Shown here: positions 53,812 to 63,307 of the stretch, in pieces
Layout of the letters: each line of letters begins with the position of its first letter
Numbering within the stretch: the first letter of the stretch is position 1
DNA from: an uncultured delta proteobacterium
GTDB taxonomy: Bacteria; Desulfobacterota; Binatia; UBA9968
Assembly (NCBI GenBank): GCA_963755715.1
Contig: CAVWLW010000036.1
Location: 32,001-96,000 of the forward strand
Direction: 5' to 3'
Length of the DNA stretch: 64,000 nt
The notes under the pieces: generated by a model
Databases searched by the model: none
What the model saw: only the letters and a program-made list of their open reading frames with translations
Told to the model about the DNA's origin: nothing
Made by a program: the position numbers and the translations under genes

Positions 53812-53854
53812 GAGTCGCACCTCCTGTGAAAATAGCCAGCGTCGAGCATTCATT

Positions 53855-54813
53855 TCACGCGACCACTGCCAAACGCGGAAAGAGTCGCAGAGCATTGCGC
53901 TGCTCGACGTCCATTCGCGCGCCGGCATCGAAGCCGTCGTAGTGTTCCCAGTGATCGACTTCTTCTTGCAATCTTGCGCCGTAAACGAACGGCAAGTCAG
54001 AACCCCAGAGCACGTGCGTCGGATCGGCAAGCTCCTGCAACGAGCGCAGGGCGAATCCCGAAGTCGTGCTGGCGATCTCAAAATAAAGCGAGCGCAACGT
54101 CGGCAGGACATCGGTCACGTCTTGGCGCCGCGATGGCCTTCCATCATCGCGATTCTCTGCGCGAGAAACGGCACGGTGCCGCCGCCATGCGCGACGATGA
54201 AACGGATATTGGGACAGCGCTTGAGCGTGCCGGAATATACAAGATTGACAACCGCTCGCGTGGTGTCGAAGACGTATTCGACAACGAACGGCGGCGCATG
54301 GAGCCTCGTGTGCTCAGGCGCCTCGCAGTGGGTCGGATGAATGAATACAACCGCCTTGCGCCGGTTCAGCTCGGCGAAAACCGGATCGAATTTCTGATCG
54401 CCCAGATAGCAGTCGTTCACACTGGAAAAAAGTCCGACACCGTCAAGGCGCAAAACATCGAGCGCGTAGGCGATCTCCGCCAACGCGCCGTCGACGTCCG
54501 GCATTGGCAAAAGCGCAAAAGCGCCGAAGCGCGCCGGGTGTTCGGCGATCCTCCTAGCTTGGAACTCATTGCAGATTCGCGCGACTTCACGCAGTCGGTG
54601 GAGATTTTTCAAAAGCACGCGTGGAGTGAGCGACGTGATCGCGGATTGAATGTGCCAACTGTCCATCGAGCGCAGCTGCGCCTCAGTGTCCGGTAACTTG
54701 ATCGGCATGGAATCGTCGGTAAATTCCGGCGGCACCACATGGTGGTGTACGTCGACGCGCCGATTGTAATTTACGGTGACGCTCACGTTCCTCCCCTTGA
54801 AAGTCCGATCCAT
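53855..54813 (-). CDS. Amidohydrolase-2 decarboxylase (6-methylsalicylate decarboxylase-like); frameshift near 54120
   Basis: VDVHHHVVP, VFIHP, DTTRAV, AHGGGTVP, then GSDLPF in the next frame. Confidence 0.82.
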
Positions 54814-55044
54814 GACCGGCGCCAGAATCGATCCGCTACGGCTTGGAGCCGAAACTAGTTGTTACCCTCCCTTCTGTCAACATCAGCGTGACGAGGTCCT
54901 CGCACTCGGTAAAACTAGATTTGCCCGCTCCTAGACATCATGCGCGGCTTGGGGTATTGGGAGCGAGGCGTTGAATCAACCAACCAGTTATTTTCAAGAG
55001 GTGCCTTTGGCTGCAATTCCTCGGGTATGAAGGGGAGGTTCAGG

Positions 55045-56055
55045 ATGAATGGCTTCGACAAGTTGCTGGTGCTGATCGGCGTTGTCTTCGCCACGGGCGT
55101 CGGGTCGGCCAACAATAGCGTGGCACAATCGTCCAGCCTCACGGCCTTCTATACCGCACCGGTAGCTTCCATGGCGCCGATGTGGATCGCCAAGGAGGTC
55201 GGCTTTTTCAAAAAGAATGGACTTGACGTTAAGCTGGTTTTTATCGCTTCGGGTCCTGTGGGCACAGCCGCGGTGCTCGGCAGTGAAGCCGATGTGGGGA
55301 TCATCGGTGGATTTGCGCCTTTACGAGCCATGGTGGGCGGCGCCAAAGGTTTGGTGATCATCGGGCAAAGCAAAAACCGTATCACGAGTAAGATCGTCGG
55401 TAAGAAGGATATTGCCAGCGTGCAAGATCTGAAGGGCAAGCGGCTGGGCATTGACCGGATAGGCTCGAATCCGGATATGTTTGCTCAAGCAGCGCTCTCC
55501 CGATTCAAGATCGACACATTTAAGGATCTGCAATACGTCCAGCTCGGTGACGTCGGCAAGGTCGTTGCCGCTTTGAAGGCCGGCGCGATCGACGCCGGCA
55601 TTGCGGGCGCGCCGCATGATCTTTTTGCACAGCGGCTGGACTTTAAAGTTATTCTCGACATCGACCTGCTGAAGATTCCCTTTGCCGCGACGGTGCTCAT
55701 GTCCGGCCGCGACACCGTCTCGCGCAAACAGCCTGAGCTCACAAGATTCACGCGTGCTTACGCCGAAGCGATGCACTACTTTCTCACCAACCCGGAAGGA
55801 ACCGCAAAGGTCGTCACTAAATACACACAAATCACTGACCGTGAGGTGCTTGCGTATTCCATCAACTCGGAGGCTACGGCGATGGAAAAAACTCTTCAAG
55901 TGGACCCGAAGGGGCTCGAACTCATTCTCGAGTTCATCGGGAAAACCGTACCTCAGGCCGCTTCCACGAAGCCGGAGGATTTCTACGATCCGCGTTTCTT
56001 CAACGATCTGCGCGAGAGCGGGTTTCTGAAAAAGCTCTGGGGCGACAAACTATAA
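55045..56055 (+). CDS. ABC substrate-binding protein, SsuA/NMT1 type
   Basis: GGGAGG RBS, GFFKKNGLDVKL, DLKGKRLGI, LRESGFLKKL. Confidence 0.87.
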   Translation: MNGFDKLLVLIGVVFATGVGSANNSVAQSSSLTAFYTAPVASMAPMWIAKEVGFFKKNGLDVKLVFIASGPVGTAAVLGSEADVGIIGGFAPLRAMVGGAKGLVIIGQSKNRITSKIVGKKDIASVQDLKGKRLGIDRIGSNPDMFAQAALSRFKIDTFKDLQYVQLGDVGKVVAALKAGAIDAGIAGAPHDLFAQRLDFKVILDIDLLKIPFAATVLMSGRDTVSRKQPELTRFTRAYAEAMHYFLTNPEGTAKVVTKYTQITDREVLAYSINSEATAMEKTLQVDPKGLELILEFIGKTVPQAASTKPEDFYDPRFFNDLRESGFLKKLWGDKL

Positions 56056-56058
56056 CTA

Positions 56059-56149
56059 CCGGTTCAAAGTTCAACGTTCAAAGTTGAAATTCTCCACGCG
56101 CAATTCCGAAGCGATGATGTTGAACATGGAACCTTGAACGTTGAACCGG
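56059..56149. repeat. Inverted 7-mer array (GTTCAAA/TTGAAC)
   Basis: ccggttcaaagttcaacgttcaaagtt ... aaccttgaacgttgaaccgg. Confidence 0.75.
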
Positions 56150-56200
56150 CGATTCCCGTTGGAACGGCTTGAACCGTAATATGGTTAAAAGGAGACCGAT

Positions 56201-57949
56201 ATGATCGAAACCGAAGGCCTTACCGGCGCTGAGACCTTGTTACGTGTGCTTTCCCATATGGGTGTGGACAGAATCTTTTCTTCCCCCGGCTCCGAATGGT
56301 CGCCGGTGTGGGAAGCTTTCGCCAAAGCCAAAGCGCAGAGCGAGGGCGTACCGCTGTATATCAGCTCGCGCCACGAAGAAGTCGCTGTCGGTATGGCGAG
56401 CGGCTACGCCAAATCCACGGGGAAACTTCCCGCGGTCATGATTCACACCACCGTCGGCGCGCTGCACGCCACGATGGCGTTGCGCGGCGCGCTGCATGAA
56501 CAGATTCCGATGGTCGTGTTTACCGGCGAGTCGCTGGGTTTCGGCGAAGAAGCCGGCCCGGACGTTGGCGCGCAATGGCTTGGGGCGTTGGCCGATATCG
56601 GCGGGCCGGCGCGGCTCGTCGACCGTTGCGTCAAATGGAGCTACGGTGTCAACGCGAAATCACTGTTGCCGTCGACGATCCAGCGCGCCTGCCAGTTGGC
56701 GATGGGCACGCCCAAAGGACCGGTCTTTGTCTCTCTGCCGATGGAATATCTTTTCGACAAGATGACTAAGAATGCCACGGCGGAAAATGTCCCCATCCCC
56801 GCGCCGACGGCGGACCCGGCGGCGATCGAAGAATTGGCGACGTTGCTTGCCAGCGCGAAAAATCCGCTGATCATCACCGAAGAAGCCGGCCGCGATCCTG
56901 GTGTCGTGGCAAAACTCGTGGAGCTCGCCGAACTCCTCGGCGCGGGTGTCGTTGAAAGCCGCGCGTCGAGCTATGTGAATTTTCCGCGCACGCATCCTCT
57001 GCACGCCGGTTTCGAGCCACAGGAATTTTTGCAGGAAGCCGACGCAATATTGCTGCTCGGCGTCGTCGCGCCCTGGCACCCGGCATCGAAGAAACTAAAC
57101 CCCGTAACCAAAGTCGCAGTGCTGTCTGACAATCCGCTGCGCTCCGAGCTGCCCTATTGGGGTTTTCCGGTCAATCAAATACTCACCGGCGAGATCGAAA
57201 GTTCGGTGAAGCATTTGCTCGAATCCGTCAAGAAGCGCATCGCCAAAGGCAACAGTGATGCTACGCGGCGCGCCGAGTCCTGGCGGAGCCGCCACGAAGC
57301 GCGCAAAGCGAGCTGGAAAGAAGACGCGCTGCGACGCAAGGAACAAAAACCCATCGACACGCGCTGGGTGACTTATGAGCTGGCGCAAGTGATTCCCGCC
57401 GACGCTATGGTGGTCGAAGAAACCATCACCCATCGCCTCTCGATTCACCGTTATCTCGACATGCTGAAACCCGGCACGTTCTTCGCCGGCTGCATCGGCG
57501 GCCTCGGCACGGGCACAGGCACCGCGCTCGGCGTCAAAGCGGCAAATCCCAAGCGGCCGGTTCTATGTCTGATCGGCGACGGCGCGTTCAACTATGACCC
57601 CGGACTCGCCGCCCTCGGCGTTTGCCAGGAGCACAATTTGCCGATCATGATCGTTCTCTACAACAACTACGGCTATCACTCACAAAAATCCGGCGTGCCG
57701 CGCTTTTTCCCGGACGGCTTTGCCGTGAAGAATCAAGACTTCATCGGTATCTCGATCAATCCGAGTCCGGACTACGCCATGATCGCCCGCGCGTTCGATG
57801 GCTACGGTGAAAAAGTCGAAGATCCCAGCGAAGTCCGCGCCGCTCTCCAGCGCGGCCTGAAAGCCGTCGCCGCCGGACAAATGGCGTTGATCGATATTAG
57901 GCTTGCGAAAGCCGCGGAGACGAATGAACGGCCCGATCGCGCCAACTAG
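56201..57949 (+). CDS. Thiamine pyrophosphate-dependent enzyme (benzoylformate decarboxylase/acetolactate synthase family)
   Basis: SPGSE, RHEEVAVGMA, GDGAFNY...YNN TPP motif. Confidence 0.9.
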   Translation: MIETEGLTGAETLLRVLSHMGVDRIFSSPGSEWSPVWEAFAKAKAQSEGVPLYISSRHEEVAVGMASGYAKSTGKLPAVMIHTTVGALHATMALRGALHEQIPMVVFTGESLGFGEEAGPDVGAQWLGALADIGGPARLVDRCVKWSYGVNAKSLLPSTIQRACQLAMGTPKGPVFVSLPMEYLFDKMTKNATAENVPIPAPTADPAAIEELATLLASAKNPLIITEEAGRDPGVVAKLVELAELLGAGVVESRASSYVNFPRTHPLHAGFEPQEFLQEADAILLLGVVAPWHPASKKLNPVTKVAVLSDNPLRSELPYWGFPVNQILTGEIESSVKHLLESVKKRIAKGNSDATRRAESWRSRHEARKASWKEDALRRKEQKPIDTRWVTYELAQVIPADAMVVEETITHRLSIHRYLDMLKPGTFFAGCIGGLGTGTGTALGVKAANPKRPVLCLIGDGAFNYDPGLAALGVCQEHNLPIMIVLYNNYGYHSQKSGVPRFFPDGFAVKNQDFIGISINPSPDYAMIARAFDGYGEKVEDPSEVRAALQRGLKAVAAGQMALIDIRLAKAAETNERPDRAN

Positions 57950-58128
57950 TGATGAGCCGGGAAAAATGCGGTGGCAGGACCGTTTCTTTCGACGATCAAT
58001 TTTCTTGGCGATCTCAGCGTCCCTGCGGTAATATGTTGGAATCTTTCTATCGGCCGACGAACCTGACCGTCGTTTGAAGCACCCTTAGCGATCGCCGAAC
58101 AGTCCGCGTTGCAAAAGGAGAAACCGCC

Positions 58129-58551
58129 ATGGCAGAAGCGCATGTTCTTAGAATCGATTCGTTGCCGGTGGTCGATCGCGGCAACGGCATTCAGACGATT
58201 CCCTTGGTTACAAAAGAGCTCGGCTCGAAGCACCTGACAACCGGCATCACCCGTTTCCCGGTCGGCGCTAAGGTTCCCATGCATTCGCACAACTGCGATG
58301 AGCAAGTGACGATCCTCGAAGGCGAGGCCGAAGCCGAACTCGACGGCCAGCGCCATCGACTCCACGCCTACGACACGACGTTGGTTCCTGCAAACAAGCC
58401 GCATCGCTTTGTGAATGTCGGTACTACCCGCTCTGCGATTTTATGGATTTATACTGCCGCGGAAGTTACCCGAACTTTCGCCGAAACTGGCGAAACCGTC
58501 GCTCACCTTTCGGAGCGCGATCTCGTGAGTCCGTTACCTAAACGGACATAA
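58129..58551 (+). CDS. Cupin domain protein
   Basis: HSHNCDE...PHRFVN; AAGGAG RBS. Confidence 0.85.
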   Translation: MAEAHVLRIDSLPVVDRGNGIQTIPLVTKELGSKHLTTGITRFPVGAKVPMHSHNCDEQVTILEGEAEAELDGQRHRLHAYDTTLVPANKPHRFVNVGTTRSAILWIYTAAEVTRTFAETGETVAHLSERDLVSPLPKRT

Positions 58552-58619
58552 CAAAACTGAACAACCATCGGCTCCGGGAGTGGTTCTGAATCTTTAACTC
58601 GAAGTGGACTCCCCGTTTC

Positions 58620-58706
58620 CGTCATTCCGGCGCATGCCGGAATCCAGGCGTTTTTTGAATCTGTGCCGCGAACTCACCTAAATGCCGGCGATCGCCAGCA
58701 TGACGG
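58620..58706. repeat. REP-like palindromic element (GTCATTCCGG family)
   Basis: cgtcattccggcgcatgccggaatccag ... gccggcgatcgccagcatgacg. Confidence 0.7.
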
Positions 58707-58778
58707 GCTTTCACTTCACTCCGGCGAGATATTTGTGCGCTCTCTTTGTTGAAAACTGTGGCGACTCTTTGGCATAGA

Positions 58779-59732
58779 TCACTTCACGGCAATCCCCAGC
58801 TCTCTTTGCGCCTCCCGAAGAATCGAGAGATCGGCAACTTCGTTGAGAGAAACTTCGCGCTCCACCTTGCCGACGCGCTTTGCTTCCTCGATCGCCACCC
58901 GCAGCCCATTTTCCGGCAGACTTCCGTCTTCGGTAAAAGCCTTCCACACCGAATCATAAGTGACCGCGGCGATTTCTTTGTCGATCTTCAACCACTCCAC
59001 CATAACCGGCAGCGTGCCTTCGCGATTCTGGCGAATATAGCGGCTCGCCTTGATGCCTGCTTTGATGACGCGCTTGATCTGATCCGGCTTTTCTTTGATG
59101 GTTTTCACGCTCGCCACGAGGCCACTAGCCGGGAAATTAAACAATTCGTTCGCCCGCGCCAGGACGACAAAGCCTAACTTCTTCCCGAGAAAATCGATGG
59201 GCGGCGAACCCAAAGTCGCGGCGGTCAGACCTTGCTTCATGGCGGCAAAACGCGAATCGACCGTGCCAGTGGCGAGAAATTTGATGTCCTTATCCGGATC
59301 GAGGCCAAAATGCTTGACCATCAATCTGGATATGGATTCGAGAGTGCCACCGAAGGTGTTGAGCCCGATGGTTTTGCCTTTCAGGTCTTGCACCGATTTG
59401 AACTCGGGGCGAGAGATCAGCGCGATCGGCGTCGCGGGCAGAAAACACCCGACGACTCTGACGGGAAGACCGCGGATCGCCGCGCCGATGCCGTTTCCTA
59501 ACACGGTATCGAAATCGATTTCTCCGCTGACTAACGCTGCCGATGAAATCGCTGGCCGTATGCGAATGAACTCTCCCCGCAGGCCCTGCTCTTTCAGGAA
59601 ATCTCTCTTCTCTGCCAAAGGGAGCGGAAGAAATTGGGCGGCAAGGTCGGGAAATCCGAATCTGAGGTCAGCCGCATCGACCGCGGCGTGCAAAACCAGA
59701 ACACCAAGCGCAACATAAAGAATTCGGAACAT
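58779..59732 (-). CDS. ABC substrate-binding protein, SsuA/NMT1 type
   Basis: GAGGT RBS, signal peptide, DLKGKTIG, ILREAQRELG. Confidence 0.87.
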   Translation of the reverse strand: MFRILYVALGVLVLHAAVDAADLRFGFPDLAAQFLPLPLAEKRDFLKEQGLRGEFIRIRPAISSAALVSGEIDFDTVLGNGIGAAIRGLPVRVVGCFLPATPIALISRPEFKSVQDLKGKTIGLNTFGGTLESISRLMVKHFGLDPDKDIKFLATGTVDSRFAAMKQGLTAATLGSPPIDFLGKKLGFVVLARANELFNFPASGLVASVKTIKEKPDQIKRVIKAGIKASRYIRQNREGTLPVMVEWLKIDKEIAAVTYDSVWKAFTEDGSLPENGLRVAIEEAKRVGKVEREVSLNEVADLSILREAQRELGIAVK

Positions 59733-59801
59733 GGTGCACCTCTTCTGTCGCCGTTGGTCGTGCCGCGCAGATCGTTGGAGCTCCGGCGCCATAATTTTTT
59801 T

Positions 59802-60821
59802 CTAATTTCTTTTCATAGCTTCTTGGACGTAACCTGACTTTTCCAGCCGATCGATAAACGAACTGTCGACTAGCTCTGCGGCCTTGAGCTTGGCCATGCG
59901 CGGATTCATGCGGAGTAGAGCGTCGATCATATTTTGAACGCCCGCCAGAGGGACGTTCGGCACCTTGGTTTTAGCGTGTATTTCCAACGTCGCGTCGTAC
60001 ATGATCTGAACGCTCTGCGGCGTGCTGAGCTTTAAGCGTCGAGCGAGCACGCTCTTGACTGCTTTCTCGTTGGCTGGATTCGGCAGGAATGCAAACCCGT
60101 CGATGGTGCCCTTGAGAAAAGCTTCGACTTGCTGGGGACTCTCTTTGATGAAACGCCTTGTAGCAACGAGCACTGTGTTTAGATAGGGAACATCGGCTTT
60201 GGTCATATCGAGCATTACGGTAAGTCCTTTATCTTTTGCCGCCTGCCCAAAGCCCGGCTCCAAAGGCGTCGCATCGATCCTGCCGCTCGCCAACGCGGCC
60301 ACGCGATCCGGCTGGGTTCCGACTTGCATGATGGCGATCTTGTCTCGGTTAGGATCTAGACCGAGAGAGTGCAGCGCGACTTCAGCAGCCAGGTGGCTGC
60401 CGGAGCCAAAAGTGCTGACCGCGACGCGCTTGCCTTTCAGATCGGCGGGCTGGCGCACCTGAGGTAAGACCCAAAACTGATAAGGAAGAATATGGATCGT
60501 TCCGGCCAGGATGGCGAGATCGGCTCCGGCGGCGACGGCGCCCGCTGTGGGACCTACGCTGGTGGAAGCCAGCTTAGCCTCGCCGGCGATCAATGCCTGC
60601 GACGTCACCGACCCGCTGCCGGTAAAAACCGAGGTGACATCGAGCCCGTGTTTTTTATAAAAACCTTGGTCTTCGCCGAGCCAAACGCTCGTGTGTGTGG
60701 AGATCAATCCAGCGTAGGCGACTAAAACCTTCCTCGAGGCATCCTGTGCCAAGGCACCACGACCGGCGATGCCGATGAATGAGACCGCCAACAAGATCCC
60801 GACTATTTTCTCTTGCCGCAT
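59802..60821 (-). CDS. ABC substrate-binding protein, SsuA/NMT1 type
   Basis: Signal peptide, GFYKKHGLDV, DLKGKRVAVS, RLEKSGY. Confidence 0.87.
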   Translation of the reverse strand: MRQEKIVGILLAVSFIGIAGRGALAQDASRKVLVAYAGLISTHTSVWLGEDQGFYKKHGLDVTSVFTGSGSVTSQALIAGEAKLASTSVGPTAGAVAAGADLAILAGTIHILPYQFWVLPQVRQPADLKGKRVAVSTFGSGSHLAAEVALHSLGLDPNRDKIAIMQVGTQPDRVAALASGRIDATPLEPGFGQAAKDKGLTVMLDMTKADVPYLNTVLVATRRFIKESPQQVEAFLKGTIDGFAFLPNPANEKAVKSVLARRLKLSTPQSVQIMYDATLEIHAKTKVPNVPLAGVQNMIDALLRMNPRMAKLKAAELVDSSFIDRLEKSGYVQEAMKRN

Positions 60822-61031
60822 CTGACCTTCCTCCCTTCTGACGATGGGGGTATTCGGTTTCGATACGTTTAAAGAAATTCTCGTGTTTCTCTATGCTGCC
60901 GACATTTTTAAGTAGAACGGTAGGGGTTGGCTCTGCAAACGCAAAATGTCAGACTCAGAGTCCGGCCTGAGCCACGCGAATGTGAGAAGTTAAACGAGCT
61001 CGGTCGCGCTGCGCGCGCTCAGCTTTCTGCT

Positions 61032-61805
61032 CTACTCCCAAATTCCTTCGGGCAGAGGTAGCCCCGCTAGAACGTCAGCGGTCAACCTGGCGTCCGGTTC
61101 AATGCCGAAGCGCTCGAGCACGGCGATGATTTGCCGCGCATGCTGCGCCGAATGCCACGTGGAGCGCTCGAACAATTGGTGCATCGGCGGCGTGCCGTAG
61201 AATGTCTTGACCTTTTGACGGCAGGATTTGTCGTCGAGCTGTGCCCACCAGTTCTCGATGCGCTCGATAATACCATCGCCGTAAGCCGCGATTTCCATGC
61301 TGGTCATGCAGCTTCCTTCCGCCGGCGGCACGTTGGCATTGTTCGTCCAGTATTCCACGTCATCCAACGCGGTCTCGAGGAAAGCCTCTCCGATACGAAA
61401 GATGTGATGGCTGAGAAGCCGGATCGAGCGGTCGCGATTGTCGATCGCGCGCTCCGTGAGTCGTGGGTCAGGAATTTGCCGGACGTAGCGTTGCGAAGCG
61501 CACAGCACGGTGATCCACTTCTCGAACAACACTTCGGGAGGCAAAGGGCTATGCCCGCTGCCTTGCAGGCCGACAAATTCGGCAACGTCTTCCATGTTCT
61601 GGCAAAAGATGAACTGGCCGCCTTTTGCCAGCACCGGCACGCTCTGCGCGCCGAGACTGAGCAACTGCTCTCGACCCGTGGGATCGTTCAAAACATCGAG
61701 GGTGGTAAAGTCAATGCCTTTTTTCGAAAGAAACTCTTTCGTTCTAAGACAACTGCTTCAACCGGGCTGGGTGAACAAGACGAATTTGTCGTTTGTGATT
61801 TCCAT
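61032..61805 (-). CDS. Probable selenoprotein: glutaredoxin-like (UxxC) domain fused to a DinB-like domain
   Basis: ATG 61805 with GAGGA RBS gives MEITNDKFVLFTQPG-TGA-SSCLRTKEFLSKKGIDF.., in frame with ORF 61032..61691; SVPVL cis-Pro motif; HH...HSAQH. Confidence 0.85.
61716..61750 (-). promoter_or_regulatory. Putative bacterial SECIS element
   Basis: GUCUU-AGAA-CGAAAGA-GUU-UCUUUCG-AAAA-AAGGC hairpin; apical loop starts with G, 23 nt after UGA. Confidence 0.7.
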
Positions 61806-61869
61806 CGTTACGTCCTCGCTATGACCGGCTAAACTGCGCGGAACCTATCAACCGTAACCGAACGTGTCA

Positions 61870-62220
61870 ACTCGGAATCCGTGTTTCGTGCTCGTGGGCG
61901 TGGCTCGTGCGAGCGGTTGGCTCAGATACTCCGCGGTTCGTGATAAGCAAATTACCGATTCAACCATGAAGCACTCGAGGGTCAGTACAGTCATTTTCCA
62001 AAGTTCGTGCTCTTCGCATTACTACGCCTGAAAGTTTTCGCGGCTTGCGCAAATTTCTCCTAACAAAAGGACCCGGATTTTGCTGCGCTCCATCCGGGCT
62101 ACGAATTGAGCGGTGCGCGTAGCGCACCCTACCAAAACCTTCGTGCTCTTCGTGACCTCTGTAGTAAACTCCGCTTTCCTACCTTGGTTGCGGCTCTGCC
62201 GCGCTAGGACCTCGTGGTGA
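61870..62220. repeat. Cluster of stacked REP-like elements from several families
   Basis: cccggattttgctgcgctccatccgggctac, ggtgcgcgtagcgcaccctac, cttcgtgctcttcgtg, ggttgcggctctgccgcgct. Confidence 0.7.
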
Positions 62221-62233
62221 GTCCCACTTGTTT

Positions 62234-63260
62234 TCAGCTCACCGAGATTTTCAGCAGCTTCCTGGCGTTGCCTTCGAGTATCGCCTGCTTTTCTATTTCC
62301 GAACAACGCAAGCGCCTCAACTTTGTCGACGCACTGCCAGTCGCCGAGGATGTACGGAAAGTCCGTGCCAAGCATTAAATGCTCCGCGCCGACTTTGCGG
62401 CGGAGAAAATCAAGAGTTTCCACGTCGTAAACCAGTGTATCGAAGTACAGGTTCTTGAGGTAAGCACTCGGCTCGGATGTGCAACGTGGCGAGTTGGGAC
62501 GGTCTGCGCGCCGGGTCGCTTGCTTTCCCGTGAGATATTCTCGATCGAAGCGGCCCACGTGATAAGGGAAAAATCCACCACCATGGCATGTGCAAACTTT
62601 TAAATTGGGAAACCGATCGAACACGCCGCTGTAAATTAGTAGGCCGAGTGATAGCGTGGTGTCGGCCGGATTGCCGCAGACCAAGCGCAGGCCGAATGAG
62701 CCCATCAGCTCGGTTCCTGCTGGATTGTCCGGGTGCATGAAGACGAGCACGTCCAACTCCTCAGCCTTAGCCCAGAACGGATCGAAATCTTCACTGTCAT
62801 AGTACTTATGATTCACATTGGTCGCGATGTAAGCGCCGCGGAACCCCAGCTGTATGACCGCGTGTTCCAGAACCTTCGCTGCGCGCGCCGGCTCCTGTAT
62901 TGGTACAGCGGCCATCGCAGTAAACCGCTCCGGATATTTTTTCAGAAATTCTTTAACGCACTCGTTGTAGATACGGCACCAACTCTCAGCTTGTTCGCCT
63001 TGGAGATCGTAGCCGAGCAGTTGCGTGCTCGGATCAAGCGCCGCCAGCGCGATTTTGCCTTTCGTCATCATCTCTAGCCGGGGCGCCACATCCGTCAAAC
63101 CTTGCAGCAACGGATATTTTGGACCGCCGTTGAACGAAAACCGGATCGTTCCGTCTTTGTCTTCGGAGACCTCGATGCCCAGGGCTTTGCCGCTCCGCTT
63201 CGCCTCCCCGATCACCTCCTCGGGAACGTAGTGATGATGAATATCGATCGCACCCTGCAT
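62234..63260 (-). CDS. Amidohydrolase-2 protein (ACMSD-like decarboxylase); +1 frameshift near 62308
   Basis: IDIHHH, VFMHP, HGGGFFP, YFDT, GTDFPY; corrected tail CSEIEKQAILEGNARKLL. Confidence 0.85.
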
Positions 63261-63307
63261 GACTATTGATCCCTCTTACTATTGCCTCACGCCTATTGCC
63301 TCTTGCC

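Noticed and set aside
3731-59718. Many long antisense or alternate-frame ORFs (e.g. 3731..4549, 38132..39124, 52903..53715)
   Set aside because: Shadow ORFs of high-GC genes overlapping well-supported CDS, with no motifs.
62022-62233. Long C-terminal extension of the amidohydrolase in the ORF track
   Set aside because: Caused by a frameshift near 62308; the extension is translated repeat DNA.
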